Source of the DNA: Phoronis australis
Taxonomy: Eukaryota > Animalia > Phoronida
Direction of reading: 5' to 3'
NCBI GenBank assembly: GCA_002633005.1
Contig: NMRA01000120.1
Span: forward strand, 745,940-809,939
Length of the DNA stretch: 64,000 bases
Every line of letters begins with the position of its first letter. Position 1 is the first letter of the stretch. Of this stretch, positions 38,139 through 48,779 are shown piece by piece. Below the pieces are notes generated by a model. It did no database searches. It saw nothing but the letters and a program-made list of their open reading frames with translations, and was not told where the DNA came from. Made by a program: the position numbers and the translations under genes.

Positions 38139-39282
38139 ATGAATGAAAGCAAATACCAAGGTCGTATTTTCACTCTGACAGAATTGAAGAGGCCGAGAGA
38201 AATTCTCTTAAGTGAGGAGGTACTCAGCTTTACTAAAGGGCGCGAAATGTGATGACAATCAACAATAATTCCTTTGAAGAGATTTAATCGCCAGGTCACA
38301 ACATTGTAAGTGCTACAAAATAGGACTTCCGACCGTACCTATACTTTGAAAGGTACACGTAGTGTTATCTTTGCAGCAAATATATCAGAACTAAAACATT
38401 CAGAACTTCTACAGCTGTTTTATGCACACTGTCGGATACTGCGTCTTTCTTTTAAATTCCTCAATTTTATTCAAAATGGAGCAGCTCGGATGAAGAGCAT
38501 AATGTTTGTTGTTAAGTGGCAATGATCAAGCTCAAAAATTTTTTGTTACCACTATACCATTGGTCAATCTTTTGTGAACTTTTCGTGGTACAAAATACTT
38601 GAAACTGTTGTAATTCAGTGAACAGGCACACTTATCTTTGCATGGGGCTAGCGTGTATCCAAAGAAGAAAAACACTGCACGTACACGTAAGAATAGTAAG
38701 AAAGCTCAAAAGAAAAGGAGCTACAAAAGACGGCAGTAAATTCCAGATATATATATAACTAAAGTCCTTGAAATTTATCTACGAAACTGTGTGCTCAGTT
38801 TCACGCGAAACCTTGGGAACTGGCGGAAGGTCCTGAACAGACTTGACAAGGAGAGTTAAATCACGCACTTTGCTTGTAGTTCAGAGCAATAATTTGTGAG
38901 GACTTGCTCCACTCCAAATTCGCAAGGAAGTGAGAGTGCAGAAATCCATTTGTGACATTAAAGTTCAAACCCAGGTCAAGTCTAACTCCAGTACGACACA
39001 GAACAATTGTTGAGAGCAGCAACCTATGCTACGATGGATTCGAAAAGAGTTAGTGAAGACCTATCACCTGTTTTCAGTTTGGAGAGAACAGTGCATGCAG
39101 AAGCCATTGTGTGACAGTGCTAACTTTGAACACGACAGGTAATCGGCTGCAAATGTTATTGGCGACCACTGCCGCAAACGAAGATAACCATTATTTATAC
39201 CCGAGTAGTTCGACAGTGCATTCATGCTGTATGCTAATTCGTCGCGCCGGGTTTCTTGAATGAAGCACAATATGTATTTTAC

Positions 39283-39490
39283 CGTTCCCAGTGCACGAAC
39301 TCAGTGAAAGACTCCATGACCTGTCATAACTCAAACTAGAACCAGAGCTTGTGAAGACCATTGATGACATTCCATTACCGAAGTGTTATAGTCTTACCCG
39401 TGCTGATACTAATTAGCTGATTTCCTCTCACGACATCCGTAGTTTGCAACTTCGTGTTTAACATTGCCAAGTTCACATGTAGGACAAGAT
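39283..39490 (-). pseudogene. Dead sushi-like exon copy (subtype C-like)
   Basis: CE/LAMLNTKLQTT...NQLISISTGKTIT/GNGMSSMVFTS...SWSLSLSSCTGN|GTAAAA, with a deletion removing Cys2 and frameshifts. Confidence 0.7.
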
Positions 39491-39844
39491 GATTATTTTA
39501 GTCATCTCTTTGACTCAGACACGTATTTGTTAACCTTTTGAAATACAAAACCAGGACACGGTTCAACTCTTGGCCACACAACCCATTGGTCCCCATCAAA
39601 ACTCGATTCTTCCTGGTGACTATCTTTCATGAAAATGGTGACGGTTTTACATCGTGAATCGTCGAATTATCATTGTAGCCATCTTTTTTGAAATTGAAAT
39701 TGAACTGATTTTCTTGAGTCATGAAAGTGGTACAACAGGAATTAGACCCATAGATATATTCCGAAGTGTACGTCTACTGTCACGTTGGCACACACTCATA
39801 TCACAACTGCAAGACCCTTGTGACTAACTTGAAGCTAAAAGGTA

Positions 39845-40125
39845 TGTGTTTGGCAGATGTTGACCATGTGTTTGAGGCGTAACCTATCTGGGGTCAAACA
39901 GATCCTGTGTAAACTTGGGTCAAAATCTTCATGTTAGCTCTCCAACTGGTAGCAACCACTTTCTTTATCACAGCAGTTTTCTTTGTAGCTTTGCTGCACA
40001 TGACAGCGATGTTCTGGGACTAAGAAAGCCTCTTGCCCAGTTAACCTCCAGTGTAGGTTGGGTTTCCCGGGTGGAGTCTGTCTTTGTATCTGCAGTAAGA
40101 AAACGTATTTTGGAGAGAGGGAAAG
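39845..40125 (-). mobile_element. Inverted upstream (RT thumb) segment of the same non-LTR element
   Basis: Minus strand reads PTYTGG*LGKRLS*SQNI...IKKVVATSWRANMKILTQVYTGSV*PQIGYASNTWSTSAK, the region that normally precedes ...KVQN.ALRLITG. Confidence 0.72.
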
Positions 40126-40129
40126 CCAT

Positions 40130-41370
40130 GTGACCTTGATTCTGGTGAAGGTCCAGAATGATGCCCTGCGCTTAATCACAGGGGGCATGAAAGTCACACC
40201 ATATAGAAGACGGTAGGCTTATACTCACTAAGAGAAACACGCATGAGAAACTCCTGAGACAGAGCGAGAGGATGAAGAGCCTCCCGTCACATCCACTGCC
40301 CTTCAAGCTCAACCAAAAACCACATCAAGAGGAAGAGGAAAAACAACCTGATAAAGGTGTTTCAGCAGGAACATCAACCAGGGCTACCCTAAATCAACCA
40401 ACCAGTAAAAATGCTCCAATATTTTGATGAATATGCGCTGGACACTCCTTCTGTCATCCTCGACATCCCTGGGATTGGAGCAAAGCAAACACAACTTGAG
40501 GCAGTTCTGAAGGCCCTGGCCCTGGAAACCTTGGACCGACACTACCTCATCACCACCTGGACCCGAAATTATACAGATGGTTTTGTTGAGAATGTTGTTA
40601 GATATGGGGTAAGTCATCATATACCTGGACTGCAGCTCTCTACGCAAGTCCATCACCACAGGCATTCACTCCACCAACTACAGAGCTGAAGAAATCACCT
40701 TGTACCTCGCAGCGCAAACACTGAGCCAGCAAAGAAGGCTGCCGGATGAGAAAGTCTTCGTTAAAGCCTGTGGATCTCTCCTGCAGAGCCGCCAAACGAG
40801 AGGCAGATACCAGATCCTGCAAGATATCAAGCAGGAGATGAATAATCTCAGCAGCGAAATCATTGTTGTGTTGCAATGGATTCCCTCCCTTTGTGGCATT
40901 AGAGGCAACGAAGAAGCAGACAGACACTCTAAGGCAGGAAGCAAACTGGAACATACGGCCCACCCATCACTGTATGGAGAAGTAAAGACCCTCTAACGAA
41001 GCCATTTTAGAAATGCCTGTAGGGAACACCAACGTCTGGGGACTGAAGAAGAATAGATCTACCAGCTGAACTGGCAACGAGTCACAATCTTCAGGCTAAG
41101 AACTGGCCACTGTCCGCTCCTCTCCCACATGCATCGTTTGAAAATCACTCACATAGATTAGTGCCCGTACGGCACTGGCTCTCAGCCACCTGAACATTTA
41201 CTGCAGAGTTACCGTACCTTCGACTCCCCAAGGTGCCAGACATGGAGGGCAAAGAAAAACACGGGGCGCGACACCGTCACTGCGATAAACGGCAGAGTTT
41301 GCCCCCGGAGACCGGACTGGACGTCTCAACTATATGGCAATGAACGCTGAAAAAGAAAAAGAAGAAGACG
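40130..41370 (+). mobile_element. 3' fragment of an RNase H-encoding non-LTR retrotransposon (I-group: Ingi/Nimb-like)
   Basis: KVQNDALRLITGGMK, YTDG, LQWIPSLCGIRGNEEAD (RNase H), IFRLRTGH...CP...EHLLQS (C-terminal Cys/His motif); ends in an A/GAA-rich tail. Many frameshifts. Confidence 0.8.
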
Positions 41371-41415
41371 AATCCACCAGGTAAAACCACCTTCAAGTAC
41401 CCTTAGGAAGGGTTA

Positions 41416-42360
41416 AGGATGGCAGAGAAGGAATTAAACAAGGAAGCGGTGCAGTTAAGACAGGATTCCAACAGCGCCATGGACGTCCCGCCTCTAAAGT
41501 GTTTCGTTTTGTTTTCAAACTATTGGAGGGTGTTGAAGGAAATACAAGCTGGGTTTTCATTTTGCAACACAGGATACTCCAAGAATTAGACCGTGTCAAA
41601 TTGGTTAGGAATTAGCTCACTGGATACTAGTCCGTGACAAAACAGGTAAGACCCAAATCACGTCAAATTACGGCACTAAAAAGCTAGTTGAAAGCCTTCC
41701 CGACTTGTACCGTAGATTTCTTGATAGTGAGGTAAGCAGTTGTCACTTGTTTGTGGGTTAGGAGAGTACAATACATGGGACACTTAGTATGTGACGGCTG
41801 GAATGAATTATTAATACGACAGAAAATAAGTTAAAAATTTCAATTGAAACTGAAAGTCACAAAAGCAAAAGTATGATGCTTTGATGTNAGGATGGCAGAG
41901 AAGGAATTAAACAAGGAAGCGGTGCAGTTAAGACAGGATTCCAACAGCGCCATGGACGTCCTGCCTCTAAAGTGTTTCGTTTTGTTTTCAAACTATTGGA
42001 GGGTGTTGAAGGAAATACAAGCTGGGTTTTCATTTTCCAACACAGGATACTCCAAGAATTAGACCGTGTCATATTGGTTAGGAATTAGCTCACTGGATAC
42101 TAGTCCGTGACAAAACAGGTAAGACCCAAATCACGTCAAATTACGGCACTAAAAAGCTAGTTGAAAGCCTTCCCGACTTGTACCGTAGATTTCTTGATAG
42201 TGAGGTAAGCAGTTGTCACTTGTTTGTGGGTTAGGAGAGTACAATACATGGGACACTTAGTATGTGACGGCTGGAATGAATTATTAATACGACAGAAAAT
42301 AAGTTAAAAATTTCAATTGAAACTGAAAGTCACAAAAGCAAAAGTATGATGCTTTGATGT
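41416..42360. repeat. 472-bp direct duplication joined at an 'n' (likely uncollapsed haplotypes)
   Basis: 41416-41887 versus 41889-42360, about 3 substitutions, n at 41888. Confidence 0.85.
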
Positions 42361-42452
42361 GGGAATACTTCAACAGCAAATTTCTCCTGCCCTCCTGTTC
42401 GCCACAAAGCGTGTGTGTACTTTATTTCAGTCGTAACGAGACGAGTTGTTGC

Positions 42453-42674
42453 CGTTGTCATTGCACAAACTCAGTGCAGGTTCCAAGGAGCTACAACATT
42501 TAGCACTAACATTAAAACGTGTGAAGGTTTTCGAAGACGTTCCATCTGCGAAGACTTTACACTCTATGCATTCAAGTGTTTGTAACTAGCCCTTGCTGAC
42601 AGTTGTCGGCTGATTTCCACTCACAACTGCCTTGGTTTTCAACTTCGGCAACGAAGGTTCTCACAAAGGCCGAT
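42453..42674 (-). pseudogene. Dead sushi-like exon copy
   Basis: Acceptor AG>TG, Cys1>TGA, Gln>TAG, Cys3>Arg, Trp>Leu, donor GT>GC. Confidence 0.78.
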
Positions 42675-43505
42675 CAGAACAAAAGGATTGTTACTGTAAC
42701 GCGTTTACTGTGACACACAAATGCCAACCTTGAATGTTAGTTCGGAAGGGTTGAATAAGTCGAGCAACTGTAGCCTTGGAACTTGTGCAACATAAGAAGT
42801 GCAATAATGACTATACTTCCAAAGCAATGCCTACTGTTTTCTTCGCGCGAAGACAGAAGGTAACCGCGAGACCCGTGTGATTAGCTTGTACCCAAAGGCT
42901 AAAGCCAATCCACGAACCCTTAGAGAAGAATTAAAAGGTCAGGATTGGAGAGCGGTCAAATTAATGCAAGAGTCCCGTTAATGCTCTGGACACTTGTTTC
43001 CAAAACTGGAGTATTCGTATGGTCCTTAACTGATGCAAGGTGGTAAACAGGCTTGTTAAGGTCTGAAAGCTAAGTCACATCCTTCAACCAATGAGTTATA
43101 GCTCATTGCTTCAACGAATGGCACTAAAAGACAGGAGGTGACATAACGCAATACGTGAAGGTATCTAAAACGTGTAAATTCACCAAACTGGTATGAAATA
43201 TTACTCTGGAAAAGTGCCTTAAACAAAGCGGTTAGAAGACGCCATTTCAAACATCAACATATTGTTGAAAGGTCATTGAAGGACTCAGCACAAATTACGA
43301 TAATTCTTTGTTGACGATGTGCTAACTAGTTGCCGTCAGTCTATCACTTTCAAACGTGCAATGCATGTGACAGGTACGATGTGATGGTATCTACTGTGTA
43401 AGGCGTATTTTAATTTAACTCTTCAGAATATCAACTACAAATGTTCATTTAAATTGATTATAGCAAAACATTAACCATGATTTAATGTGTGAATATTACA
43501 ACAGC

Positions 43506-43720
43506 TCAGCAAAGGGTCACAGAGCTGTAACTTCTAGGGTTAAGATTCAAGGGTGTGAAGGCCTTTGATGACTTTTCATCAGCGAAAACTTTACTGTCGA
43601 TGCCCTCAAGTGTTACGGGTTGGTCCTTGTTGACAGTCGTCAGATGACTGCGACTCACAGCTGCTTTGTTTTTCAACTTAGAGTTTAATTTTGCGAAGGG
43701 AATTTCGCGAGAACGGTCAT
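43506..43720 (-). pseudogene. Dead sushi-like exon copy that has lost its cysteines
   Basis: ttcag acceptor kept. DRSREIPFAKLNSKLKNKAAVSRSHLTTVNKDQPVTLEGIDSKVFADEKSSKAFTP... with Cys1>Arg, Cys2>Gly, Cys3>Pro; 3' end disrupted and runs to a stop. Confidence 0.75.
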
Positions 43721-44439
43721 CTGAACAATGGATTGTTATAGTCATCCGTTTTACGGTGAAACGCGTTTGCCAAACTTGTAAGTGAGTTGGTAGGGCTGAA
43801 TAAGTCGATCAACCATGGTCTTGGAAGTAGTGCAACATGGGAATTGTAAATGTGACTACACAATGTATGACTATTGCTGTGCTTGCAAGGAGTCAGTCAC
43901 GAACGTCCAAGACCGGTGTGTATCTTGTACCCAAAGGTTTAAACCATTCCACGTGCACTGGGAGAACAGTTTAAAGGTGAACAGAGAATAAATTGTACAG
44001 GAGACCAGCTTAGAGGAATGGAACTTTACGATAATGACATAGACGTTTGCTCCCAAAACCAGTGTAAGGTGGTAAACAGACTTGGTGAGGTCATTTGCTG
44101 TAACGCAAGGCATTATTAAACTGAATTGAAGTGAAATCACGTGACTCGTTTGCAATATGAAACTTATATCACGGCAGTGTTTGCCAACAAGCCGTCAAGA
44201 GTCGATGGTTTACCACATTCACGAAAAGATAAAATAATTTAATGTTTTTATTCACTTTGAATAAATGACGAGTTTTTGGTAATATAATTGTGTTTTGTTA
44301 CTATGGCGCTAAAGAATAGGGTGTGCCATCAAAACTCTCAAGTCCGCCAGGTTAAGCATTAGAACAGGCAAACGCAAATGTAGACATAATTTTTGAGTTA
44401 GTTCGCGGTTAAAGGTGATATGTGGGCACAGTAAAGATG

Positions 44440-44587
44440 GGGTTTCAGTGCACGCACTTGGTGTTGGATTCAATGAACTCGAACTAATGGAAGTGTAACT
44501 AGAACTGGAGCTTGTGAATACCAATCATTGATGACAGTCTTTTTCCGAAGACATTAAGGCCGAAGAACTACAGTGTGACAGACTGAC
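44440..44587 (-). pseudogene. Truncated dead sushi-like exon copy (subtype C)
   Basis: QSVTL*..VFG..SSM/VFTSSSSSYTSISSSSLNPTPSACTE. Stop, frameshift, Cys and Trp loss; 5' half missing. Confidence 0.65.
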
Positions 44588-45015
44588 ACGTACTGATGCA
44601 TAGAAGAAAGAGAAGAAGTGAAATATCACGTGCTTTGCAGGTAATACTCGAAGGTACCTAAAAAACACGTGCTACTCTGGAAGTGTTTCGATAATAATAC
44701 GATTTAAAACCACACAATTTGAAACCTCAGTATGGAGTTAAAAGTTTTGTTGAGCGCTTCGGTAAATGTTACGATAAATCCCTGTTAGTGGTGTGCTAAC
44801 AGTGACAAATGCTGTGTGATGGCACTTAATAGGTAAGGCTTAAAACAACGCAGAGTATCAGTTGCAAATGTTCAAATTAGATTAAATTAAGAATAGATTA
44901 TGGCAAAAAGGTAGCCACCATTAGATGTACAAATATTAGAACCGAGAAACTCACTGCATTCCAGTTTGTCACGCTGTATATATTTTATATATAACAAAAC
45001 AACATGGGCTTTTAC

Positions 45016-45252
45016 CATTTTCATTGCACGAACTCAGTGCAGGGTCCCAAGAGCTGTAACTTCCAGCACTAGGATTAAAGCATATGAAGGCCTTCGATGA
45101 CGTTCCATCTGCGAAATATTTACTGTCGATGCATTCAAGTGTTACTGACTGGCCTTTCTTGACAGTCGTCGGTTGATTTTTACTCACAACCACCGCCTTG
45201 GTTTTCAATTTCGCGCTTAATTTCGTCAAGGGAAGTTCGCACGAAGGCACAC
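45016..45252 (-). CDS. Sushi/CCP-like repeat exon (intact, subtype A)
   Basis: ttcag acceptor and G|GTAAAA donor, 237 nt, phase 1-1: VPSCELPLTKLSAK...GQSVTLECIDSKYFADGTSSKAFICFNPSAGSYSSWDPALSSCNEN. Pattern C-x35-C-x16-C-x10-W-x6-C. Confidence 0.8.
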
Positions 45253-46008
45253 CTGAATGAAAAGTTTATCATCAGTTTAATTGTGACACGTAATTTCCAT
45301 GCTTGTAAGTAAGTTCGAGAGTGTAAAATAGGTCGACTTACCACAGCTTTGGAATGGGTGCACTACGGGAATAGTAACCATGACTATATTTATAAAGCCT
45401 TGATAACTGCTATGTTTCCAAGGAGTCAGACAAGAACCTCAAGACCCATGCAACTAGCTTGTTCCCAAAAGTTTAAGCCTCCCTGGGAGAAAAGATAAAA
45501 TGTCAACAGAGAATGAACTGTATAAGAGAGCAATTTTAATTTAAAAGAGCAGGCAAAATTCCCAATAATGTCCAAGGCCTTTGGTCCCGAAACTACAGTA
45601 TTGGTATGATTCCTAACGGGTGTAAGGTGGTAAACAAACTTAGTGAGGTCAACAAGCTATGAAACATCCTCCAAAGCAAGGCACTGTAAGAATGACAGGT
45701 GACATTTCGTGCTTCGCAGGTAATACGCCAAGGTTTCTCAAAAACATGCACAAATTCACGAAACAGGTAAGGAATATTCTGGAATCGTGACCAAACCACA
45801 ACGGTTAAAAAATTTACCTTCTCAAACTTCAATACATAGTTGAAAGGCTCTTTGAGCGACTCAACAACAATTACGATAAATCTTTGTAGATGGTATTCTT
45901 TCCAGTTCCCACATGTCTTTAACCATTACTAAATGTGTAAATTTCCATTGTCTTCCAGTTTGTTACGATGTGTGTACTTCATATCAAACTAATGAAATGG
46001 AGTTTTAC

Positions 46009-46242
46009 CATTTTTATTGCAGGAACTTAGTTCAGGTTCCCATGAGCTGTAACCTTTAGCACTAGGATTAGAGCATGTGAAGACCTTTGATGAGGCTTCA
46101 TCTGCGAATGCGTTACTACCTACGCATTCAAGTGTTACTGACTGCCCCTTGCTGACAGTCATCGGTTGATTTCCGTTCACAACCACTTTCGCTTTCAACT
46201 TTGCGTTTAATTTTGCCAAAGGAAGCTCGCACGAAGGCACGT
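46009..46242 (-). CDS. Sushi/CCP-like repeat exon (intact, subtype B)
   Basis: ttttcag acceptor and G|GTAAAA donor, 234 nt, phase 1-1: VPSCELPLAKLNAK...VTLECVGSNAFADEASSKVFTCSNPSAKGYSSWEPELSSCNKN. Confidence 0.8.
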
Positions 46243-47026
46243 CTGAAAAAGCATTGTTATCGTCATTCGTTTTACTTTGACATGTATTTGACAAAGCTGT
46301 AAATGAGTTTGGTAAGGCTGAATAGGTCGACCAACTTCAGCCTTGGAAGTGGTGCAACAGATACTGTAAACATGACTACATTTCAAAAGCTGTGACTACT
46401 GTTAAACAAGAACTGCAATACCTGTATGACTAGCTTAGTTGTACTCAAAGGTTCAAGCCATTTCACGTACCCTTGGAGAAGAGATTAAACGTCAGCAAAG
46501 AATGGAGTGTCAAGACAGCAGTGAAACCAAGATTATCAATAATACCCTAGACGTTTAGTCCCGAAACTAATGCATTCTTATGATCCTTAAGTGGCCGTGC
46601 AAGGTGGTTAACAGACTTGGTGATGTATGCAAACTTAGTATCATGATATACCGCATGGCATTATCAAAATGAGAAGAAGTGAAATCACGTGCATCGCTTG
46701 TAATGTAAAATAACATCTCGCAAAATTTGCCAATGTGGTAAGAAGTAGCATTGAAAGGGTTGTTCAGCGCCTGAGCTCATGTGCTAACGAGTTCCCATCT
46801 GTCTGAAATTTTGGAGAGTGGAGTGTATGCTACAGGAAATGTGAGTGACGATGCTCACTATTTAAGGCTTAACACTACAGAATATCGGTGAAAAGCATGC
46901 ATTTGAATTGAAATTCACAATAGATTACCACGGTTTGGTGTGCAAATATCATAACAGCAAATTTTACTGTCTTCCATATCTTTACGCTGTGTGCATTTTA
47001 TAAAGCATAAGGATATAGGTTTTTAC

Positions 47027-47263
47027 CGTTTTCATTGCACGAACTTAGAGGAGGGTCCCAGGAGCTGTAACTTTGAGCAGCTGGATTAACGCATTTAAAG
47101 GCCTTCGATGGCGTTCCATCTGCAAAGACTTTACTATCCATGCACTCGAGTGTTACTGACTGGCCTTTCCTGACCGTCGTAGGCTGATTTTTACTCACAA
47201 CCACCGCCTTGGTTTTTAACTTCACGTTTAGTTTTGCCAAGTTAAGTTCGCATGAAGGCACAT
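47027..47263 (-). CDS. Sushi/CCP-like repeat exon (intact, subtype A)
   Basis: cattcag acceptor and G|GTAAAA donor, 237 nt, phase 1-1, all 4 Cys and the Trp retained. Confidence 0.8.
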
Positions 47264-47674
47264 CTGAATGAAAGTGTTATCATCAGTTTGATTGTGACAA
47301 GTTTTTGCCAAGCTTGTAAGTAGTGTAAAATAGGTCGACTAACCACTGCGTTGGAACGAGGGCGTATTCGTATGATTCCTGGTGGAAGGTGATAAACAGA
47401 CACGGTGAGGACTGCAAGCTAAGTCACGTCTTTCAATTCAAGGCACTACACGTGACATCACGCGCTTTGCAGGTAATTCATGAAAATATCTCAAAAACAT
47501 GCGCAAATTATCCAACCTAGTACGGAATACTACTCCGGGGGTCTATTACGATAAACCTTTGTTGACGGATGCTAACCAATGCCACCTGTCCATCATTAAA
47601 TGTGTGTATTTCCGCTGTTTTCCAGTTCTCCACGATGTGTTAATTCTATAAAAATATAATAACCCCGTTTTTAC

Positions 47675-47902
47675 CATTGCACGAACTTAGTTCAGGTTCC
47701 CATGAGCCGTAACCTTTAGCGCTAGGATTAGAGCATGTGAAGGTCTTTGATGACGTTTCATCTGCGAAGACTTTATTATCAATGCATTCAAGTGTTACTG
47801 ATTGGCCCTTGGTGACAGTCGTCGGTTGGTTTCCATTCACAACCGCCTCGGTTTTTATCTTTGCGTTTAATTTTGCCAAAGGAAGTTCGCACAAGGGCAC
47901 AT
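47675..47902 (-). CDS. Sushi/CCP-like repeat exon (intact, subtype B)
   Basis: ttttcag acceptor and G|GTAAAA donor, 228 nt, phase 1-1: VPLCELPLAK...TFTCSNPSAKGYGSWEPELSSCN. Confidence 0.8.
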
Positions 47903-48779
47903 CTGAAAAAGGATTACGCGAGTTCGGTGACATTAAATAGGTCTACCAACCACAACCTTGGTGCAACACATACATTGTAACCACCATGATAGAAGAGTTT
48001 ACAGATCATTAAAGGCTGAAGTGTACTGGAAACCAGTAAAGTGGAGCATGATTGCTGATTATGACCAAGACGTCTGATCCAGAAATTAGTGTATTCGGGT
48101 AATACAAAACTGGTGCAAGTTGTAGAACATACTTGAGAGGTCGGCAAGCTAAAGCACATCCTATAGCGTAAGGCACTACAAGAATGGCAGGAAATGAAGT
48201 CACGTGGTTGGCTGGTATTGTAGAAATATGTTGCATAAAAACATGCGTGAAGTCACCAAACTGGAGACGAAAATTAAATAATGCAGTGCTCTTATGCAAT
48301 ACCTGTCGCAAACTCAACTTGTGACAATAAATGCTTTTAAAATGGTTAAGAAATTAAACTCGAACCACTTATGCTCTTTCTTTGTCATCAATTATCTCTA
48401 CAAAACAGCTTCAATTGCATTCACAAGGATTAGGACGAAAAAAACCGGATCCACGGATATGAAAGTGGGGCTGAAATCTTAACAGCTGCTGGTATCTATA
48501 CATGTCATATTTTATTCACGTCAGTGTAGCCAAAGATTTTGAAGAGACTGCTGATTTGAGCTTGTGGTCTCAATTAGTGGTAAACGAAAGTAAAGCATAA
48601 ATAATACTAAAATTTTTAAACATTTATTGCAATAATAATAACTCAATACAAAGACAGAAATTCCAATAACACAACACAAGAACACATTTCATCGAAAACT
48701 CAATTTCACAAATCAAAAAACCAAATGTACTTTTCTAACATCCATTACTTTTTAAAGAGTAAAAAACCAGCCGTTATTT

